Virus genome (UHGV): UHGV-1555466
DNA length: 43,198 nt
Strand: one strand, 5' to 3'
DNA from: a virus
Shown one piece after another: positions 41,203-43,198 of the stretch. The notes under the pieces were generated by a model. The model was not told where the DNA came from. It ran no database searches and saw nothing but the letters and a program-made list of their open reading frames with translations. Position numbers and translations under genes: made by a program. Position 1 is the first letter of the stretch; every line of letters starts with the position of its first letter.

Positions 41203-41518
41203 TATGCTTATTGGCTATGTACGTGTGTCAACAAATGACCAGAACACAGATCTACAACGTAATGCGCTGAACTGTGCAGGATGCGAGCTGTTTTTTGAAG
41301 ACAAGATAAGCGGTACAAAGTCCGAAAGGCCGGGACTGAAAAAACTGCTCAGGACATTATCGGCAGGTGACACTCTGGTTGTCTGGAAGCTGGATCGGCT
41401 GGGGCGCAGTGTGCGGCATCTTGTCGTGCTGGTGGAGGAGTTGTGCGAACAAGGTGTTAATTTTAGTAGTTATGTTATTACAGGTGGGGGATTTCTCCCC
41501 CTTATGCAGATTTTCTAG
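41203..41518 (+). pseudogene. truncated serine DNA invertase (Gin/Pin/Hin family), C-terminal DNA-binding domain lost
   Basis: MLIGYVRVSTNDQNTDLQRNAL...GDTLVVWKLDRLGRS matches the invertase catalytic domain; similarity stops near 41467 and the ORF ends at 41518 (about 105 aa versus about 185). Confidence 0.7.
41486..41501. terminator. hairpin at the junction of invertase remnant and cargo
   Basis: ggggga tttc tccccc perfect 6-bp stem; sits just 3' of the 281-aa gene stop. Confidence 0.35.
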
Positions 41519-41522
41519 TTAA

Positions 41523-42368
41523 CTATTGGCGAAGTGGCCATATTTTTCTGTTTTTTAAAAAACTATCTTCAACTATATAACTGCAACAATGTTCACTAAG
41601 GCCATAAAAACTAATTATTCCATATTTATGAGAAGCTATATCAGACAGTTCTGCTAATACTGTGGCAAGCCAACGAGCGATGCTAAGAGAATAGAATCTT
41701 CCCCACTTTTGAACAATGGTATTTTGTCCAGTACGGATGGAGGCTGATATAAGGTCTTGCATAATGTTGGTACTTTCATTCATATACATGACCGTTGTAT
41801 ACGGTGAAAGAGTGGCATTGATAAACCTAGCATTTTCTTCAACACGTCTTTGTTCAACTGTATAATAATAATGTTTTTCAAGGATACTCTCGGCTACTTC
41901 TCCCCACCATTTATTAATAGGTTCATTATTGGTTAAATTGGGGCTGCTTAATGAGGAGAAATTTGCGTAACGTCCCCGTCGGGCATCAGCAAAGGAATCT
42001 AAACATTCAAGTATTTTGTAGGTAATTTTATGTGTAGGACGTGAATATCTCAGAGATAGTTGCATTTTTTTAGAAATACTATCAACCTCGTTGGTTAATT
42101 CAATGAGCTTATGTCCAAATTTTCTTACAATATTCTCATCAGGCATTTTCCCTTTGTGTTCAATGGCATAGTGTGCAACAAGTATTAGTTTAGCAAGTCT
42201 CTCAAAACCTACAGAAAGCCCAAAAAATGCTGTGTAATATTCACCTATTTTGTCTGCATAATTGGCTTTACCTATGGCTGTTGCCCCAGAACCAATGAGC
42301 TGTGTAACTAAAGATGCTTCTCGGCCCAGAGCGTGCCATGCTGGAATATCCCAGGGATTTTTATTCAC
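41523..42368 (-). CDS. hypothetical protein (AT-rich cargo gene)
   Basis: 281-aa ORF, AT-rich; no family recognised by eye. Confidence 0.55.
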   Translation of the reverse strand: MNKNPWDIPAWHALGREASLVTQLIGSGATAIGKANYADKIGEYYTAFFGLSVGFERLAKLILVAHYAIEHKGKMPDENIVRKFGHKLIELTNEVDSISKKMQLSLRYSRPTHKITYKILECLDSFADARRGRYANFSSLSSPNLTNNEPINKWWGEVAESILEKHYYYTVEQRRVEENARFINATLSPYTTVMYMNESTNIMQDLISASIRTGQNTIVQKWGRFYSLSIARWLATVLAELSDIASHKYGIISFYGLSEHCCSYIVEDSFLKNRKIWPLRQ

Positions 42369-42495
42369 TTTATTATTTTCCTTTGCTCATAAATTTAAAT
42401 TGTTTGAGTATCTCATAAAATATAAGGAGATGGTTAAGGTTGTTGATCGCATATAATAGCTATTGAAAGTCAAGAACTCGGTTTTATGTTCTACC

Positions 42496-42536
42496 ACTAA
42501 TTAATATATTGTGAGTTTGACAATATATTAATTAGT
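42496..42536. repeat. perfect 17-bp inverted repeat with 7-bp spacer
   Basis: actaattaatatattgt (42496-42512) / acaatatattaattagt (42520-42536), between the 88-aa and 281-aa genes. Confidence 0.8.
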
Positions 42537-42669
42537 ATGATCAAACCAGCCATCAACTGATTCCTTGTATCTTTCAGAGTCTCCAGAACAAAAGCCTTAA
42601 CGAATTCCTTATTTGTGAGTGCCTTACCAAAAGCCCATTGTTGCAGGGAACGAGTATAAAACTCGCCAG

Positions 42670-42936
42670 CTACTGGAGCAGGCTACCTGATTGTCGATCG
42701 ATTCCTGCGTCCATATAGTCGATGGTCTTCTGGAGCTCTTCGATTAGGGCAATAGCTTTTGCTCGAGAAATGCATATTAGTTGATCCGGAAATTCTTGTA
42801 AGGGCCAGTTTGGTATACAGGCCATGTTATCAGTGAAGGATGCAGACAAGTAAACTTCATTGGTAACTAGGGAATAGCTTACCTCAAAATTGGTGAGTTC
42901 CGGCAAACTGCTAACGTTTGATTCTTTTCTGCGCAT
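42670..42936 (-). CDS. hypothetical small protein (AT-rich cargo gene)
   Basis: 88-aa ORF upstream of, and co-oriented with, the 281-aa gene. Confidence 0.45.
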   Translation of the reverse strand: MRRKESNVSSLPELTNFEVSYSLVTNEVYLSASFTDNMACIPNWPLQEFPDQLICISRAKAIALIEELQKTIDYMDAGIDRQSGSLLQ

Positions 42937-43078
42937 AATATTATCCAGGACTGTAATTATGTACAGTTAATGGTCTTCAATTTCGAAGAGGGAGTCAAGG
43001 GGGAGTCTCAAATGAACCTTTATAGAAAGGGGAGCTCTTTGTGTTGCTGAACGTATGCAAAATTTTTTTGCACCATAA

Positions 43079-43102
43079 ATTCAATAACACATTCAATAAC
43101 AC
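43079..43102. repeat. tandem 12-bp direct repeat (attcaataacac x2) next to attR; candidate integrase arm-type sites
   Basis: Two exact tandem copies; related AACACA(TT) motifs occur in the attL arm (about 1085-1120). Confidence 0.4.
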
Positions 43103-43134
43103 ATTACTGCATCACCATGAAAATAAATGTATTT

Positions 43135-43191
43135 TTATTTAATTTCACACATATCACAATTGATGCATTTTTTAGTGATTAACAGCGCCAT
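43135..43191 (-). pseudogene. yfhL: displaced original 5' end of yfhL (16 native codons then stop)
   Basis: Minus-strand ATG at 43191 encodes [16 protein letters not shown] then EIK-stop where the frame leaves the core into phage DNA. Confidence 0.6.
43144..43161. repeat. attR core (18-bp direct repeat)
   Basis: Exact copy of 908-925. Confidence 0.65.
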
Positions 43192-43198
43192 AAGGAAA

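Overview
Enterobacterial (E. coli-like) chromosome carrying a ~42.3 kb mosaic prophage inserted into the 5' end of the ferredoxin gene yfhL. Left flank: the shoB/ohsC type I toxin locus and yfhL (695-955, minus), whose first codons are supplied by phage DNA. An 18-bp direct repeat (908-925 and 43144-43161) marks attL/attR, and the original yfhL start fragment ([16 protein letters not shown]) sits at the far right edge. Prophage layout: integrase and AlpA-like Xis; a leftward early operon (SNF2 helicase, VRR-NUC, family A DNA polymerase, DUF2815 SSB-like, DUF2800 nuclease); CI/Cro switch; primase followed by an iteron cluster; Q antiterminator; lambda-like lysis cassette (holin, R endolysin, Rz/Rz1); terminase, portal and head genes; Mu/P2-like contractile tail and baseplate; a Gin/Pin-type invertible tail-fibre segment whose invertase is truncated. 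Accessory loci that look most worth follow-up: two TIR-like-domain proteins inside the replication operon (4219-5136, 5866-6627), an AT-rich membrane protein antisense to that operon (8802-9431), a coiled-coil/zinc-ribbon gene beside cI (12625-13194), two genes inserted in the baseplate module (35091-35935), and an AT-rich two-gene cargo with a perfect 17-bp inverted repeat between the dead invertase and attR (41523-42936). All family assignments are from motif recognition by eye; no searches were run.
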